From contig OY970173.1 in assembly GCA_963707635.1 (NCBI GenBank), forward strand, positions 544,001-608,000: a stretch of DNA of 64,000 bases, in the 5' to 3' direction. Position 1 is the stretch's first letter; each line of letters opens with the position of its first letter. Origin of the DNA: Candidatus Latescibacterota bacterium. GTDB lineage: Bacteria; Krumholzibacteriota; Krumholzibacteriia; WVZY01; JAKEHA01. The notes under the pieces are model-generated. The model saw nothing but the letters and a program-made list of their open reading frames with translations, made no database searches and was not told the origin of the DNA. Made by a program: the position numbers and the translations under genes. Positions 61,468 to 64,000 of this stretch are shown one piece after another.

Positions 61468-64000
61468 ATGTTGCTTCGAGTCCTCGCGACGCTTCTCGTC
61501 CTTTCCTTCTCGATGCCCGCGGCGGCCGCGCGCAATGCCGCACCCACAGACCGTCCACCCGACCAGGGTGGCTACACGCGAGCGATGGGCCTTCCGTCGC
61601 TGTTCAAGAGCACGGCCGGCTTGGAGTTCCTCTCTTACCACACGTCGACGGACCACCAGATTGGCGCACTGCTCAATCTCGGGGTAATGCGTTACGTCGG
61701 CAACCCGGTCGTGGGCATGCTGGGGCTCGCGGCCGAAGGGTACGTGGGAGGTCACGCCAGCGAGCCGGATCTCGGCGGCCGTGCGTACTTGACCGTTCCC
61801 AGCCTGCTGATTGGCGCCGGCGTCGACTACAGCGCCGAGAGCGGGGAGTCCGACCTCATCCTCAAACTGGATGTTCCCATGCGGCGCAAGGGAATCGTCG
61901 GGGCGGGGTCGGCGCTGACCTTCCGGTGGTTACCGCACCGCGAGCAGACGTTCGCAGTCGGGTTGAACATTCCGTTGGGTGACCGGAACGCAGGCCGCAC
62001 TCGTCCCCAGTCCGATTACGTGAAGATGGACAATCGCGAGCCCGCGCGTCTGCAGTTCGAAAACATGGGCGCCGTCGACTCGACGTTCGTGGAGTGTCTG
62101 CGGGTGCTGCGCGCGCGCGCAGCGTGGGTGGCGCGCCTAACCCAGCCCTTCTCCGAATACGGCGGTGCGGATGCGGCGGACGCCATGGCGCCCCGGATCG
62201 CCGAGTTGCGCGCGCACATGGAGAAAACCGACGCCGAGTTCCCCAAAGGCCACACCGTCAACGAGGAGGTTCGCGTCTACCACGAGACCCTCGACCGCTT
62301 GTTCTCGATCGCCGAGAGCGGAAGACCGATGGTGCCGGGTGAGAGCACGCCCGCAGGGAAACGAATCGCAGCGCGCGCGAAACTCTACCTCCTGGATAAC
62401 GTGATTATTCCGTACAACGCCCTCATCGGCCAGTTGAAGAAGACGGATCGGCTCTCGGGCATGATCGCGGTCGCGCAGGCCAACTTCGCGCGCGGCATCC
62501 TCTCCGGGGAGGACTTCGAGGACGCCCGGGCGCGGCGCGTCCTGTTCGCATTCCAGTCGCTCTGCGACCTAGTGGCCGAGAATCAGGCCGAATTGCGCGA
62601 GCGCTGGAGCGACAACCGCTACGTATGGCTGCCGCTCCAGTACGGCCTGGCCCCGGAAGAACACGACACCCAGGAAGAACTGAACGGAATCATCGCTCGC
62701 GCCACCGGAGAGGAATTCACGCGCGGCAACCGGGTCTGGTACATCATGAACGAAGAGTTCCAGTACGAAATGGCCCGCTCCGTGCGCCTGGCCGAGGACT
62801 ACCACGTGCTCTGGATCCACGACATCAGCGGCGAGAACGACAACGGCGACCCGGACGCCATTTCCTACGAACTGGTGCGCAGCTACCTGCGGGCGCTGAC
62901 CGAACGCGTGCGGGTCTACAACACGACCGGCAAACTGCCCATGTACATCATCCTGCTCGACCAGCTTTGCCTCGAGAAGCACAACTCCCGGCTGTGGATC
63001 GAACTGCTGGAGGATCCGCTACGACACAAACTGCGCCTTCCTGGCAAGTTCGCCGAGTGGGAAGACGAAATCGCGCGCCTGCAGGACGACCTTCGCAAAG
63101 CGGTCGAAGAGTCGCTCATGCTCCAGGTGGAGAAGAACCAGTACGGGGAAAAGTGGCTGCGCAACCGGATCCGAGTCCAGGTGAACATCACCAACCCGGC
63201 CGACTACTCCTTCTACAGCATAAAGATCATCGGCAAGTTGCCGGTCCCCGACAACAACATGCGGGACCACCGCAAGATCGTCTTCTACGACGTGACGGAG
63301 GATGATCCGTACCGGGGCATGGCGATGTTCACGGGTGTGGGGATCGGCGAGCACTATGCGGGAACGACCTGGGAGGACCGCGCTCTGATGCTGCAGGGTC
63401 CGGGCGCTCTGGCCACCAAGAATGCGGCTCGTTTCCTGTTCCAGACGCAGGGATTCGAGGATAACGAGATTCCCTACCCGCTGCGGTCGCGCCCGAAGCC
63501 AAAGTCGTACGACGACGCCGTAGCCGCCGAAATGGCGTCCCGCTCCGACTACAGCGTGCGCAGCCGCGTCATCGAGCTGCACAACGAAACCGGGTTCACC
63601 CCGAAACCGCTGAACGTGGCGAAGTGCGTGCTGTATAGCCTGATGCCTCCCGGCTCGGTGATCAAGGTGCCCGATTCGCTCTGGCAGAGCTACCTCTACG
63701 CATCGCTTGTCGCGGGCAGCGCCCTTCGCGGTTGCCGCTCCCTGGTGATCGCGCCATCGCTGCGTGCCGCCCCCAGCCCGGGCGATCTGCAGATGGGGCG
63801 GGCCAACGGTCTCATGAAACGCCTGGTCGTATTCGGCAATGCCATGGACGATTACATGGAGCGTGAGGGCGGTATTCTGAAGGTGGGGTTGTACGCGCCG
63901 CGGCAGGGGGCGGATGACATCGCGGGACGGTTCCGGCAGGGGATGAACATCCACGAGCCGTGGATGAACCGCGTCTACCACCTCAACGCGGCCATGGACT
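61468..64000 (+). CDS. Large secreted phospholipase D-family protein (3' partial; absent from the ORF track)
   Basis: Signal peptide MLLRVLATLLVLSFSMPAAA; frame appears open to the window end (spot-checked); HKD motif HRKIVFYD at 63268-63291, then GVGIGEHY...WEDR...QGP. Confidence 0.8.
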   Translation, partial: MLLRVLATLLVLSFSMPAAAARNAAPTDRPPDQGGYTRAMGLPSLFKSTAGLEFLSYHTSTDHQIGALLNLGVMRYVGNPVVGMLGLAAEGYVGGHASEPDLGGRAYLTVPSLLIGAGVDYSAESGESDLILKLDVPMRRKGIVGAGSALTFRWLPHREQTFAVGLNIPLGDRNAGRTRPQSDYVKMDNREPARLQFENMGAVDSTFVECLRVLRARAAWVARLTQPFSEYGGADAADAMAPRIAELRAHMEKTDAEFPKGHTVNEEVRVYHETLDRLFSIAESGRPMVPGESTPAGKRIAARAKLYLLDNVIIPYNALIGQLKKTDRLSGMIAVAQANFARGILSGEDFEDARARRVLFAFQSLCDLVAENQAELRERWSDNRYVWLPLQYGLAPEEHDTQEELNGIIARATGEEFTRGNRVWYIMNEEFQYEMARSVRLAEDYHVLWIHDISGENDNGDPDAISYELVRSYLRALTERVRVYNTTGKLPMYIILLDQLCLEKHNSRLWIELLEDPLRHKLRLPGKFAEWEDEIARLQDDLRKAVEESLMLQVEKNQYGEKWLRNRIRVQVNITNPADYSFYSIKIIGKLPVPDNNMRDHRKIVFYDVTEDDPYRGMAMFTGVGIGEHYAGTTWEDRALMLQGPGALATKNAARFLFQTQGFEDNEIPYPLRSRPKPKSYDDAVAAEMASRSDYSVRSRVIELHNETGFTPKPLNVAKCVLYSLMPPGSVIKVPDSLWQSYLYASLVAGSALRGCRSLVIAPSLRAAPSPGDLQMGRANGLMKRLVVFGNAMDDYMEREGGILKVGLYAPRQGADDIAGRFRQGMNIHEPWMNRVYHLNAAMD

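Overview
High-GC bacterial chromosomal segment. Two secreted proteins end in FlgD-Ig/T9SS-like sorting tails, which suggests (inference) an FCB-group-related lineage such as Krumholzibacteria, Eisenbacteria or Latescibacteria. About 50 CDS are supported. They include the end of a cusA locus, a di-heme cytochrome c, two divergent 2-oxoacid:acceptor oxidoreductase operons, a sulfonate/nitrate-type ABC transporter, an OTC/amino-acid permease operon, many peptidases, dinB, surface lipoproteins, a less GC-rich stress/regulatory block (52-61 kb) and a large PLD-family gene running off the right edge. One oxidoreductase operon has a gamma/GltD-like/delta fusion; the other is nifJ plus a DHODH-like gene and malic enzyme. 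The strongest unexplained signal is a stand-alone, roughly 500-nt, highly structured non-coding RNA candidate on the minus strand (about 26225-26730). It has its own TTGACA/TAGTTT promoter, two UNCG tetraloops, long-range helices and a terminator, and matches no housekeeping RNA I can recognise. Other signals are a 43-bp promoter module present three times around a NarL-type regulator, a REP/REPIN-like repeat family, and several leaderless-type promoters. Several frameshift, nonsense or missense lesions are also present and may be assembly errors. No tRNA, rRNA, CRISPR array or transposase was seen.
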